Notes: generated by a model not told the origin, from the sequence alone. DNA of 64,000 bases from an uncultured Gemmatimonadaceae bacterium (GCA_963761075.1 CAVXFN010000004.1:1192411-1256410); one strand, 5' to 3'. Positions 18,967 through 31,243 are shown, numbered from the stretch's first letter. Program-made: numbers and translations.

Positions 18967-20511
18967 TCAGTCGACGACCATCATCGCCGGGTCTTCCAGC
19001 AGTTCCCTGACCCTAACGAGGAAGCGCACCGCCTGCTGGCCGTCGATGAGGCGGTGGTCATAGGAGAGCGCGACGTACATCATGGGGCGGGCCTCGATCC
19101 GGCCCTCGACGACGACCGGACGCTCCTGGATCTTGTGCAGCCCGAGGATCGCCACCTGCGGGAAGTTGATGATCGGCGTCGAGAGCAGCGAGCCGAAGAT
19201 GCCCCCGTTGGTGATCGTGAACGTGCCGCCGGTCAGGTCATCCATCGTCAGCTTCCCGTCGCGCGCCTTGCGTGCGAGCTCGACGATGTCGCGTGCCACC
19301 TGGAGCAGGCCCTTCCGGTCGACGTCCTTGACCGCCGGGACCACCAGCCCGTCTTCGGACGCGACCGCAACCCCCATGTTCACGTAATGATGGTAGACGA
19401 TATGGTCGCCATCGATCCGCGCGTTGACCGTGGGAAACTCGGCCAGGGCCCGGCATGCCGCACGGACGAAGAACGGCATGAAGGAGAGACGGACGCCATG
19501 GTCCCGTTCGATGCGCTCCTTGATCCGGCCGCGAAGGGCCTCGAGCGCCGACATGTCGATCTCGTTGAACGTCGTGAGGTGCGCCGTGGCGTGCTGTGCC
19601 TCGAGCAGGTGCTCGGAAATGCGCCGCCGTCGCGTCGACATCTTTTCCCGGCTCTCGCGAACGGAGCTTCCCGCCATCGCCGGGAGTGGGGCCTCCTCCG
19701 ACGGGACGCGTAGAGGCTGAGGTTCCGGGCGTGGCGACACCTCGGGCAGCGGCGACGCCGGGGCCGCTGTGGCCGGTGGCGCGGGTGGAGGTGGTGGCGG
19801 AGGCGATGCCGTGGGAGGTGGAGCCGGGAGTACGGGTGAGGCCACACCGGCTTCCTCGCGCTCCGGCGCGGCTTCCGCGCCGTGGCCGCCGAGGAGCGCG
19901 GCCTGCGACGCTCCCGTCTGCTCGATCACGTCGGGCTTGCTCACGACGCCGCCACGACCGGTCCCGGTAATGGCGCCGAGGTCGATGTGCAGCTCTTCGG
20001 CAAGTCGGCGCGCCGCCGGCGATGAACGCAGGTCCGCGCGCGGCACCGGGGACGGTGCGGCGACGGGTGGGAGCGGCGCAACCGGCTGCGCCGGCGTGAC
20101 GGGCATGGCGACCACCGGCCGCGGCGCAGCGGGTGGAACGCTCACGGGGGGCGTGGGACGGGGTGCCGGGGACAGCTCGGGAGTGGCAGGCGTGCCCGGA
20201 ATCCAGGGAGCGAAGTCCGCCGCATTCGGCGCCGGTGGTGGCGGCGCCACCGTTTCATGCACCGGCGCGACCGCCGCCGTCTCGTCGAGCGTTGCCAGGG
20301 GCTCATCGACCCGGACGACGTCCCCGTCCTGTTTCAGGCGCCTGACGAGAACACCGGCTTTGGTGGCGGGAACCTCCACGGTTACCTTATCCGTTTCCAG
20401 TTCCACCAGGGTCTCGCCCACCGATACCGCGTCGCCCTCCCGCTTCAGCCATCGGGAGATGGTGGCCTCGACGATGGACTCGCCGAGTGGAGGCACCTTG
20501 ATCGAGATCAT
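18967..20511 (-). CDS. 2-oxo-acid dehydrogenase E2 component (dihydrolipoamide acyltransferase) with one lipoyl domain.
   Basis: Lipoyl domain (GETLVELETDKVTVEVPA), subunit-binding domain (SPAARRLAEELHIDL…GTGRGG), catalytic SYDHRLIDG, unusually long Pro/Ala linkers. Start at MISIKVP (20511). Confidence 0.85.
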   Translation of the reverse strand: MISIKVPPLGESIVEATISRWLKREGDAVSVGETLVELETDKVTVEVPATKAGVLVRRLKQDGDVVRVDEPLATLDETAAVAPVHETVAPPPPAPNAADFAPWIPGTPATPELSPAPRPTPPVSVPPAAPRPVVAMPVTPAQPVAPLPPVAAPSPVPRADLRSSPAARRLAEELHIDLGAITGTGRGGVVSKPDVIEQTGASQAALLGGHGAEAAPEREEAGVASPVLPAPPPTASPPPPPPPAPPATAAPASPLPEVSPRPEPQPLRVPSEEAPLPAMAGSSVRESREKMSTRRRRISEHLLEAQHATAHLTTFNEIDMSALEALRGRIKERIERDHGVRLSFMPFFVRAACRALAEFPTVNARIDGDHIVYHHYVNMGVAVASEDGLVVPAVKDVDRKGLLQVARDIVELARKARDGKLTMDDLTGGTFTITNGGIFGSLLSTPIINFPQVAILGLHKIQERPVVVEGRIEARPMMYVALSYDHRLIDGQQAVRFLVRVRELLEDPAMMVVD

Positions 20512-20606
20512 CCGGAGCGATACGAGTCCGCCAGGGTGAGACCGATGCGCCCATGACGTCCCGGGCGCCCCACAGACCAGCGACAATATAACCGACGAGG
20601 GATGCG

Positions 20607-21647
20607 GTGCGAGCGCTGACAATCAACGCGCATGGAGGACTGGAGCAGTTGCGGCTGCGCGATGATCTCGCCGTGCCGGCGCTCGCTGCCCCGGACGACG
20701 TGCGCGTGCGTCTGCGGGCCGCGGCGCTGAACCACCTCGATCTCTGGACGGTGGCAGGCGTGCCGGGCGTCCATCTGGTGCCGCCGTGGATCCTCGGCGC
20801 CGATGGCACGGGGATCATCGACGCCGTGGGTGAGGCCGTCGGCGACGTGCGACCCGGCGACTCCGTCGTCATCAACCCCGGGATCAGCTGCGGCGACTGC
20901 GAGTACTGTCGTGCCGGCGAGGAGCCGCTCTGCCTCCGGTTTGCGCTGCTCGGCGAGCACCGGCCCGGCACTCTCGCCGACTACGTCGTGGTCCCGGCGC
21001 GGAACGTCCGAACGATCCCGGAGGCGGTGCCGGTCGAGGTCGCGGCCGCGTATCCGCTGGTCACGCTCACGGCGTGGCGCATGTGCGTCACCCGGGCGGC
21101 GGTACGGGCGGGCGACGAGGTGCTGATCTGGGGCATCGGCGGCGGCGTGGCCCAGGCCGCCCTGCACATCTGTCGGGCACGCGGGGCGCGGGTATGGGTG
21201 ACGTCGGGGAGCGACGAGAAGCTGGAGCGGGCGCGGGCGCTCGGCGCCGACGTCACGCTGCGGCACGGCGCTGGCGTCGACATTGGCCGGGAGGTGCGCG
21301 CCCGGACCGGGAAGCGCGGCGTGAACGTCGTGGTCGACAGCGTGGGCGCCGCCACCTGGTCGCAGTCGTTAGGGGCGCTGGGACGCGGCGGGCGCCTCGT
21401 CACCTGCGGCGGCACGTCCGGACCGATGGTCGAGACGGACGTGCGGCGCCTGTACTGGAACCAGTGGAGCCTGCTCGGGTCGACGATGGGCTCGAGCCGC
21501 GAGTTCGACGCCGTCACCGACCAGCTGCGAGACGGGCGCCTGACGGCGATCGTCGATTCCGTCTTTCCCCTCGACGAGGCGCCGGCGGCGTTCGCCCGTC
21601 TGAAGTCAGGGCGCCAATTCGGCAAGGTCGTCGTGAGGATCTCCTGA
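20607..21647 (+). CDS. Zinc-binding MDR oxidoreductase (quinone oxidoreductase/alcohol dehydrogenase family).
   Basis: CGDCEYCRAGEEPLC zinc-cysteine cluster and Rossmann GIGGGVAQAALHI; GTG start at 20607. Confidence 0.8.
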   Translation: MRALTINAHGGLEQLRLRDDLAVPALAAPDDVRVRLRAAALNHLDLWTVAGVPGVHLVPPWILGADGTGIIDAVGEAVGDVRPGDSVVINPGISCGDCEYCRAGEEPLCLRFALLGEHRPGTLADYVVVPARNVRTIPEAVPVEVAAAYPLVTLTAWRMCVTRAAVRAGDEVLIWGIGGGVAQAALHICRARGARVWVTSGSDEKLERARALGADVTLRHGAGVDIGREVRARTGKRGVNVVVDSVGAATWSQSLGALGRGGRLVTCGGTSGPMVETDVRRLYWNQWSLLGSTMGSSREFDAVTDQLRDGRLTAIVDSVFPLDEAPAAFARLKSGRQFGKVVVRIS

Positions 21648-21648
21648 C

Positions 21649-22035
21649 ATGCGATTTCCGCTCGTGACGCGGTACCCGGACTACGATACCAAGGGGCACG
21701 TCAACAACGCCGTCTACCTCACCTATTTCGAGGCGGCCAAGCACATGCTCTGGCGCGACGTCTGGAAGCGCCACCCCGACCCGCCGTTCGTCGTGGCTGA
21801 GGCCACCGTGCGATACGCCAGCTCGGCGATGATCGGTGATCCGCTGCAAATCGACATCACGACCGACGAGATCCGCACCCGCTCGTGGACCTGGAAGTTC
21901 CGGATCACCGACGCGCGCGACGAACGCCTCGTCGCCGAGGGGCGGACGGTGCAGGTGATGTACGACTATGCCGTCCGGCGTTCAATGCCGATCCCCGACG
22001 ATGTGCGTGCGCTGCTGGAGACGGTACGGGCGTGA
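21649..22035 (+). CDS. Acyl-CoA thioesterase (4HBT/YbgC family).
   Basis: DTKGHVNNAVYLTYFEAA hot-dog thioesterase signature. Confidence 0.75.
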   Translation: MRFPLVTRYPDYDTKGHVNNAVYLTYFEAAKHMLWRDVWKRHPDPPFVVAEATVRYASSAMIGDPLQIDITTDEIRTRSWTWKFRITDARDERLVAEGRTVQVMYDYAVRRSMPIPDDVRALLETVRA

Positions 22036-22256
22036 GCGACACGGCCCAGTACACGGCCGAGGAGGAGCACGCGTTGCGTGAGGCCGCGGCGCGGGGCGAG
22101 CACCCGGCCTGTCCCCGGTGTGCCGTCGCCATGTCGCCGAGACGGATCGGCGGCGGATCGTTCGGCCTCGGCTATGCGCGACGACGCGAGTGGCTGATCT
22201 GCCCATCGTGCCACCGGAGCGTGCTGTTCGACATCCGGCGCGGCACCCGAAACTGA
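22032..22256 (+). CDS. Small zinc-ribbon protein (74 aa).
   Basis: GTG at 22032 overlaps the thioesterase TGA (GTGA); CPRC…CPSC pair. Confidence 0.35.
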   Translation: MSDTAQYTAEEEHALREAAARGEHPACPRCAVAMSPRRIGGGSFGLGYARRREWLICPSCHRSVLFDIRRGTRN

Positions 22257-22345
22257 GGCGGGCGTTCCCCGGCATGGCCACCTGCATGCGGTCCCGCGGG
22301 ACCGCTTAGATTCCAGTCTGGTCGCCCCTACCCAGAGAGCCCCTC

Positions 22346-23164
22346 GTGAACTTCCTCGAGCGCCTGCAGGAGAGCTTCCTGCAACTCGCCGACGTGATCC
22401 CGGCGCTGCTCGGTGCCCTCATCATTCTCTTTGCCGGCTACCTGCTGGCGAAGCTCGTCGAGAAGGGCGGGGAGCGCCTGCTTCGAAAGCTGCACCTCAA
22501 CGACCTGCTCGAGCGCGGCGGAGTCATGGAGGCGGTGGAACGCACCGGCGCCCACTTCAATCCGACGCGTGTCATTGGCAAGACGTTGTTCTGGATCGTG
22601 ATGTTCGGGGTGATCATCGTCGCCGCCAACACACTCGGCATGGAGTCCCTGGCGGAGGTGTTCACGGAGCTCGTCGGCTACCTGCCGAGCCTGATGTCGG
22701 CGATCGTGATCATGATCGTGGGGATCGTACTCGGACGCTTCACCGGGGGCCTGATCATGGCGTCCGCGGGGGCGGTGCAGGGCGGGCCGACGCTGGCCCG
22801 GGTGGGTCGCTGGGGCGTCGTGATGCTGGCGATCTTCATGGCGCTGCAGGAGCTCGGCATCGCCACCGACATCGTCACCACGGCGTTCGCGATCCTCTTC
22901 GGTGCCGTCGCCCTCGGCCTCGCCCTCGCGTTCGGGCTCGGAAACCGCGAGCTGGCCGGCCAGATCACGCGTGAGTGGTACCACCGCTATCGCGCCGAGC
23001 GCGAGGCCATCGAGCGCGGCGTCGCCCGGCGCGAGCGGGAAGAGACCAGCGCGCTCGAGGATGCGGCCACGACCGCGGAATCGCCGGTCGCGCAGACCGA
23101 CATGTTCACGGACGGCGGCGCGCAGGGTGGCGGCCCGTCAATGGAGTACTCCCGCGCCTCGTAG
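22346..23164 (+). CDS. Membrane protein with repeated 'conserved TM helix' motifs (MscS-related/mechanosensitive-like).
   Basis: Four to five TM helices with repeating LxxALxxLG patterns and an acidic C-terminal tail. Confidence 0.55.
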   Translation: MNFLERLQESFLQLADVIPALLGALIILFAGYLLAKLVEKGGERLLRKLHLNDLLERGGVMEAVERTGAHFNPTRVIGKTLFWIVMFGVIIVAANTLGMESLAEVFTELVGYLPSLMSAIVIMIVGIVLGRFTGGLIMASAGAVQGGPTLARVGRWGVVMLAIFMALQELGIATDIVTTAFAILFGAVALGLALAFGLGNRELAGQITREWYHRYRAEREAIERGVARREREETSALEDAATTAESPVAQTDMFTDGGAQGGGPSMEYSRAS

Positions 23165-23189
23165 CGCGGACCTCACCGGAGCCAATCCA

Positions 23190-24521
23190 ATGACCTCGAT
23201 CGCACCGCGGCGCGACGTCCCCCTCGAAGCGCTGTGGATGCCGTTCACGGCGAACCGCGCGTTCAAGCGCTCCCCGCGACTCCTGGTCGCGGCCGAGGGC
23301 ATGTACTACACCGCGGACGACGGGCACCGCATCCTCGATGGGGCCTCCGGTCTGTGGTGCGTCAACGCCGGTCACGCGCGCCCTCCGATTGTCGAGGCGA
23401 TTGCCCGCGCGGCGAAGACCCTCGACTTCGCCCCGGCCTTCCAGCTCGGGCATCCGCTCAGCTTCCAGTTGGCGCATGAGCTCGCGCAGCTCGCGCCGGG
23501 CCCGCTGGATCACGCCTTCTTCACGAACTCCGGTTCGGAGGCCGTCGATTCCGCGCTCAAGATCGCCCTCGCGTACTGGTACGCCCGCGGCGAGCCCGGG
23601 CGGGTGCGATTCGTGGGACGCATGCGCGGCTACCACGGCGTCGGATTCGGCGGAATCTCGGTGGGCGGCATCCCGATCAACAAGGCGGCCTTCGCGGGCC
23701 AACTGCTCCCGCACGTCGATCACCTGCCGCACACGCACGGCATCCCGGCAAACTTCTTCTCACGCGGCCAGCCGGCCGAAGGGGCGCACCTGGCCGATGC
23801 CCTGGACGAAGTCGTCAGGCAGCACGGCGCCGACACGATTGCCGCGGTGATCGTCGAGCCCGTCGCCGGCTCGACAGGCGTGCTGGTCCCCCCGCGCGGC
23901 TACCTGGAGCGGCTTCGCGCGATCTGCGACCGGCACGGTATCCTGCTGATTTTCGACGAGGTCATCACCGGGTTCGGCCGCCTCGGCGCCGCGTTCGGCG
24001 CGACACATTTCGGCGTCACTCCCGACCTCATGACCGTGGCCAAGGGGATCACCAATGGCGCCGTCCCGATGGGGGCGGTGCTGGTGCGGCACGAGATCTA
24101 CGAGTCGGTGGTGAACGCCGTGGAGTCGGGTATCGAGTTCTTCCACGGCTACACCTACTCCGGGCACCCGCTGGCCTCGGCGGCCGGACTCGCGACGCTG
24201 GCCCTGTATCGCGACGAAGGTCTGTTCGAGCGGGCCGCGGGGTTGGCGTCGTACTGGGAGGACGCGGTGCACTCGCTTCGCGGCCAGCCGCACGTGGTGG
24301 ACGTGCGCAACCTGGGCCTGGTGGCGGGAATCGAGCTGGAATCGCGGCCGGGGGCGACCGGTGCGCGGGCCCTCGAGTGCCTCATCGATTGCTTCCGGAA
24401 CGGACTGTTGATCCGGGTGACGGCCGACATCATTGCGCTGTCGCCGCCGCTGATCATCGAGCGAGCGCAGATCGACGAGATCGTCGACCGGCTGGGCGCC
24501 GCCCTCCGGCGACTGGCGTGA
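23190..24521 (+). CDS. Class-III aminotransferase (omega-amino acid/beta-alanine--pyruvate transaminase type).
   Basis: LLIFDEVITGFGRLG and MTVAKGITNG (PLP lysine) motifs. Start at MTSIAPRR (23190). Confidence 0.85.
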   Translation: MTSIAPRRDVPLEALWMPFTANRAFKRSPRLLVAAEGMYYTADDGHRILDGASGLWCVNAGHARPPIVEAIARAAKTLDFAPAFQLGHPLSFQLAHELAQLAPGPLDHAFFTNSGSEAVDSALKIALAYWYARGEPGRVRFVGRMRGYHGVGFGGISVGGIPINKAAFAGQLLPHVDHLPHTHGIPANFFSRGQPAEGAHLADALDEVVRQHGADTIAAVIVEPVAGSTGVLVPPRGYLERLRAICDRHGILLIFDEVITGFGRLGAAFGATHFGVTPDLMTVAKGITNGAVPMGAVLVRHEIYESVVNAVESGIEFFHGYTYSGHPLASAAGLATLALYRDEGLFERAAGLASYWEDAVHSLRGQPHVVDVRNLGLVAGIELESRPGATGARALECLIDCFRNGLLIRVTADIIALSPPLIIERAQIDEIVDRLGAALRRLA

Positions 24522-24589
24522 CGCAGCCGGCCTGACGCGACTGACCCGAGCGCCGCAGCGTCGCGGAAGTGCGTGCGCGCCGCGACGGT

Positions 24590-26098
24590 CTAGGCGTGCG
24601 TCGGCATCGAGTAGTCCGCGCCGCCGCGGGGGCCGGCGGGCCACCGTGTCGTCACGGTCTTGAGTTTCGTGAAGAAACGCACGCCGTCCATGCCATGCTG
24701 GTTCTGGTCCCCGAAGGCAGACTGCTTCCATCCGCCGAAGGAGTAGAAGGCCAGCGGCACGGGAATGGGGATGTTGATGCCGACCATGCCAGCCTGGACC
24801 CGCGAGGCGAACGCGCGCCCGGTCGCGCCGTCGCGCGTGAAGATCGACGCCCCATTGCCGAATTCGTGCGAGCTGACCAGGTCGAGGGCGTCCTCGAAGT
24901 CTCGCGCCCGCACGATGCAGAGCACGGGACCGAAGATCTCCTCCGCATGGACGCGCATGCCGCGACGGACGTTGTCGAACAGCGAACCCCCAAGGAAGAA
25001 CCCGTCGCCCGCGGGCAGGCCGGACGCCGCTCGGCCGTCGACAACGAGCTCGGCGCCCTCGGCGACGCCAATATCCAGGTAGCGCGCGACACGCGCCCGG
25101 TGCTCGGCGGTGACGAGCGGGCCCATCTCGCTTCGCGGATCGGTTGACGGCCCGACGCGAAGTTCTGCAATGCGCGCGGCGAGCCGCTTGCGCAGTGCGT
25201 CGGCGGTCTCATCGCCCACCGGCACGGCCACCGAGACGGCCATGCAGCGCTCGCCGGCTGAGCCGAACGCCGCTCCCATCAGGCCGTCGACGGCCTGATC
25301 GATGTCCGCGTCAGGCATGACCACCAAGTGGTTCTTTGCGCCGCCCATTGCCTGGACCCGTTTCCCGGCGGCGGCAGCCGTGGCGTAGACGTGGCGCGCC
25401 ACCGCGGTGGAACCCACGAAACTGACCGCCTGCACGCGTGGATCGGCGAGCAGGGCCTCCACGGCCTCGCGGTCCCCGTGCACGACGTTGAGGACACCGG
25501 GGGGCGCGCCGGCCTCGAGCAGGAGCTCGGCCAGGCGCGTCGGGCAGCTGGGGTCCTTCTCGGACGGTTTCAACACGAACGCATTCCCGCAGGCGATCGC
25601 CGGTGCCAGCATCCAGAGCGGCACCATCGCCGGGAAGTTGAACGGCGTGATGCCGGCCACGACGCCAAGCGGCTCGCGAACGGAATGCATGTCCACGCCC
25701 TGCGAGACGCCCGGCGAGAACTCGCCCTTCATCAGGTGCGGGATCCCACACGCGAACTCCACCACTTCCGTCCCACGCTGGACCTCACCGCGGGCGTCCG
25801 ACAGCACCTTGCCGTGCTCGGCGGCGATGATCCGGGCGAGCTCGTCGGCGTGCGACTCGAGCAGCTCGCGGAAGCGGTAGAAGACGCGCGCCCGCCGCAA
25901 CGGGGACCACGACGACCACATGGCGAATCCCTCCGCCGCGCTGTCGATGGCCCGGGCGACAACCGCGTCGCTGGCGAAGGGCACCCGGGATGCGCGCGCG
26001 CCTGACGAGGGATTGAAGACGGCCCCGCTGCGCGCGCCCGGCGCCGCGATCGTCGTCCCGTCGATCAGGTGGGGAACGACCGGGTCACTCGTTGCCAT
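24590..26098 (-). CDS. mmsA: Methylmalonate-semialdehyde dehydrogenase (CoA-acylating).
   Basis: Aldehyde dehydrogenase catalytic Cys (GSAGERCMA) and Glu (LKPSEKDP); overall MmsA-like. Start at MATSDPV (26098). Confidence 0.85.
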   Translation of the reverse strand: MATSDPVVPHLIDGTTIAAPGARSGAVFNPSSGARASRVPFASDAVVARAIDSAAEGFAMWSSWSPLRRARVFYRFRELLESHADELARIIAAEHGKVLSDARGEVQRGTEVVEFACGIPHLMKGEFSPGVSQGVDMHSVREPLGVVAGITPFNFPAMVPLWMLAPAIACGNAFVLKPSEKDPSCPTRLAELLLEAGAPPGVLNVVHGDREAVEALLADPRVQAVSFVGSTAVARHVYATAAAAGKRVQAMGGAKNHLVVMPDADIDQAVDGLMGAAFGSAGERCMAVSVAVPVGDETADALRKRLAARIAELRVGPSTDPRSEMGPLVTAEHRARVARYLDIGVAEGAELVVDGRAASGLPAGDGFFLGGSLFDNVRRGMRVHAEEIFGPVLCIVRARDFEDALDLVSSHEFGNGASIFTRDGATGRAFASRVQAGMVGINIPIPVPLAFYSFGGWKQSAFGDQNQHGMDGVRFFTKLKTVTTRWPAGPRGGADYSMPTHA

Positions 26099-26164
26099 CG
26101 CGCCGGCGCCGAGGGCCGGCTCCCGGACGTCAGCTCCCACCGCTGGAGCCCATGCGGCGGGAGG

Positions 26165-27346
26165 TCAGCGTCCTGCTCCGGCGCGAGTCTCGCGCAACGC
26201 CCCGCCGATGATCGTCATCGCCCGCTTCATCTCGTCCATCGTGCCGATGGAAACGCGCAGGTAGGTGTCGAGCGGTGGGAACGGTCGCCCAACCGCGACG
26301 CCACGATCCAGGCAGGTGGACTGGAACGCCTTCACGTCGCGGCCGATGTCGACCATGACGAAGTTCGTCTGCGACGGCTGGCACGGGAAGCCGAGCTTGT
26401 TGAAGGTCTCGACGGTGAACGAGCGTGCCGCGCGGTTCAGCGCCTGCTGGCCGGCGATGTGATCCCGGAGGCCGAGCGATGCGGCGGCTGCGGCCGCGCC
26501 GAGGACGTTCACGCTCGACGCCAGCCGGAACGCCTCGAGCCGCGCGATCGTGTCGGCGTGGGCCACGGCGTAACCAACCCGGAGTCCAGCCAGCCCGAAC
26601 ACCTTCGAGAAGGTGCGGGTGACGATGACCCGCGGATTCCCGATCGCCATCGGGATGAGCGTGTCGTACCCGGGATCGTCGACGTACTCGAAGTACGCCT
26701 CGTCCACAAGCACGGTGGTGCCCGGGGAGCGCGCCAGGACGTCGCCAATGAAGCGACGCGCGTCAGCAACGCCGTGCACGGTCCCGGTCGGGTTGTTGGG
26801 ATTGCAGAAGAAGACGAGCCCGGCATCGCCGGACTCGCGCACCATCGCGTCGAGGTCGAGGCGCAGTTTCGCGTCGACGTGGACCTCGCGCACGGGCGAA
26901 CCCAGGCGGCGCGCGATCTTCGCCGGATTCTCGAACGTCGGGGAAGCGGTGACGAGGGCACGCGTGCCCGACGTGAACGCCTCGGTGGCCATCCGGAGGA
27001 CCTCGCCCGACCCGCAGCCCAGCGTGATCTCGGCCGTCGTGACCCCGTGCAGGCGCGCAACCGCTGCGCGCAGGTCGCTCTCCGGGTTTCTCGGGTACCG
27101 GTTCGCCTCGCCGAGCATGTCGTGCAGCGCATCGAGCGCCACCGGTGAGGGGCCGTTGGGGTTCTCGTTGCTGTCGAGCCGGATGAGGGATGCTCCAGCT
27201 GCCGTCCCCTCCAGGCGACGTCCCGAGGGCAATGCGACGCCGCTTCCGCTGAACGCTTCGAGGCCGCGCGCGGTGACGAAGGGCAGGAACGCACCGGCGC
27301 TCCCTGCACCAAGGACCCTCAGGAACGAACGGCGTGACGTTGGCAT
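26165..27346 (-). CDS. Histidinol-phosphate/aromatic (HisC-family, class I/II) PLP aminotransferase with a twin-arginine signal peptide.
   Basis: N-terminal SRRSFLRVLGAGSAGAFLPFV Tat motif. Class I/II blocks NPNNPTG, VLVDEAYFEY, TFSKVFGLAGLRVGY (PLP Lys). GGGAGG 5 nt upstream of the ATG at 27346. Confidence 0.8.
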   Translation of the reverse strand: MPTSRRSFLRVLGAGSAGAFLPFVTARGLEAFSGSGVALPSGRRLEGTAAGASLIRLDSNENPNGPSPVALDALHDMLGEANRYPRNPESDLRAAVARLHGVTTAEITLGCGSGEVLRMATEAFTSGTRALVTASPTFENPAKIARRLGSPVREVHVDAKLRLDLDAMVRESGDAGLVFFCNPNNPTGTVHGVADARRFIGDVLARSPGTTVLVDEAYFEYVDDPGYDTLIPMAIGNPRVIVTRTFSKVFGLAGLRVGYAVAHADTIARLEAFRLASSVNVLGAAAAAASLGLRDHIAGQQALNRAARSFTVETFNKLGFPCQPSQTNFVMVDIGRDVKAFQSTCLDRGVAVGRPFPPLDTYLRVSIGTMDEMKRAMTIIGGALRETRAGAGR

Positions 27347-27425
27347 GCGACCTCCCGCAGGGACTGCTCGAAGGTACGCTGTTCGCGGCGTCGCGAAAGA
27401 GCCGCCGACGCCGGTTGCGGGAGCC

Positions 27426-28211
27426 CTACGGCATGCCGTCGACGGCGTTGGCGGCCGCCGCGGACTCCTGAAGGAGCCGGACGAGGGCATCGTCCCAGGG
27501 CATGACGACGCCACCGACCATCGCGCGCGACTGGACGCCGACCGGCGAACGGTTGTAGATGCGCTGGAACAGAACGAGCGCCGCGAGATAGCTGCCAAGG
27601 GTGTTTGCGTGCAGGCCATCGCCGGCGTACAGGGGAAGGGCGAAGTCCCGGTCCCACGCCTCAAGCCAGGCCATGCCTGCCGGGGCCAGCATGCCGTTCA
27701 CGGCCTCGGCCGCTGCGCGATAGGAATCGCGCCCTGCGAGGAAGTCGAACTGGCGATTGGCCTGCGGCCACACCGAGTAGAGGATGGCGCGCGCACCAGC
27801 CGCACCGATCAGCGGTGCGAAGAGCTCCGTGCTCGCGATCAGGTCACTGCGGCTCTCGGGGAGAGCGGAAGGGCCCTGCTGCAACACCACGTAGTCGAAC
27901 GCCTGTTGGCCGAGCACGGCCGCCGCCTCGCCCTGCCCGAGGTGATCGCCGAGCGAGTAGTCGGGAAAGGCGACCGCGACACAGTAGCAACGGGCCTCCC
28001 CCGCGCTGGCGGCCAGGTCGGCCACCGTTCCCGGGATGTCGTTGTCGTACGTGAGGCTGTTACCGACAAAGAGGACCCGCACATCGCCGTCCGCGGCCTG
28101 CGGGTACGGATCGTCGACGCCGAGATGCAGGCAGGACGCGCTGCCGAGGAGGGTGGCGAAAACGACAGCGGCGGCCAGATGGTGTCGATTCGATGGGGTT
28201 CTCGATGACAT
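27426..28211 (-). CDS. SGNH/GDSL-like hydrolase lipoprotein.
   Basis: Signal peptide plus lipobox (ATLLGSASC); block I VLFVGNSLT. Start at 28211. Confidence 0.5.
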   Translation of the reverse strand: MSSRTPSNRHHLAAAVVFATLLGSASCLHLGVDDPYPQAADGDVRVLFVGNSLTYDNDIPGTVADLAASAGEARCYCVAVAFPDYSLGDHLGQGEAAAVLGQQAFDYVVLQQGPSALPESRSDLIASTELFAPLIGAAGARAILYSVWPQANRQFDFLAGRDSYRAAAEAVNGMLAPAGMAWLEAWDRDFALPLYAGDGLHANTLGSYLAALVLFQRIYNRSPVGVQSRAMVGGVVMPWDDALVRLLQESAAAANAVDGMP

Positions 28212-28631
28212 GCGCAGAGGATACCGGTGGGACAAGCCGTCCGGCGTGGATATCGGGGCGGTCCGGTGATCGGTGCTGACCAGGTGAGGCCTGGCGGGCC
28301 GGACTGGCGCGAGCCGGGTCAGGCGGACGCCGGCGCCTAACGCCACAGAACGCGGCTCCCCAGGCTGCCCGTGCCGATCAGCTACGCGGGGGGGCCCCGG
28401 CCGTATCCCGGGGCGCGTTCGGGAGCGGTGGATCAACCGGGCGAACAGAAGCCGAAACGCCGCGCTCGGGCCGACCGTGTCTGGCGTTGTTCGCGAGGCG
28501 ACGGAGTGGCGACATAAGAGGTAGCTGATCAACAACTTAGGAGCACGAGGATGCATTGATTTTCCCCCTTCGGCCGGGTAGTTTTCGAGGTTGCCGTTCC
28601 GGCGCCTACTACAACTCACCGAAAGGCCTCA

Positions 28632-31160
<2,529 letters not shown>

Positions 31161-31165
31161 GGGCG

Positions 31166-31182
31166 CCGGGCGGCGCCTGCAG
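31166..31182. terminator. Candidate bidirectional terminator between gyrA and the flotillin gene.
   Basis: ggcgcc-gggc-ggcgcc hairpin in the 83-nt convergent gap. Confidence 0.3.
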
Positions 31183-31243
31183 CGCCGCCAACGCCTCCGG
31201 CTCCCGGCGACGCGGCCCGTGCGGGGCGCGTCGCCGGCCGGGC

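Noticed and set aside
22902-24521. A 539-aa form of the class-III aminotransferase with a 96-aa Ser/Arg/Pro-rich N-terminus.
   Set aside because: The extension overlaps the upstream membrane-protein gene and has no homology. The conserved N-terminus begins at MTSIAPRR (23190).
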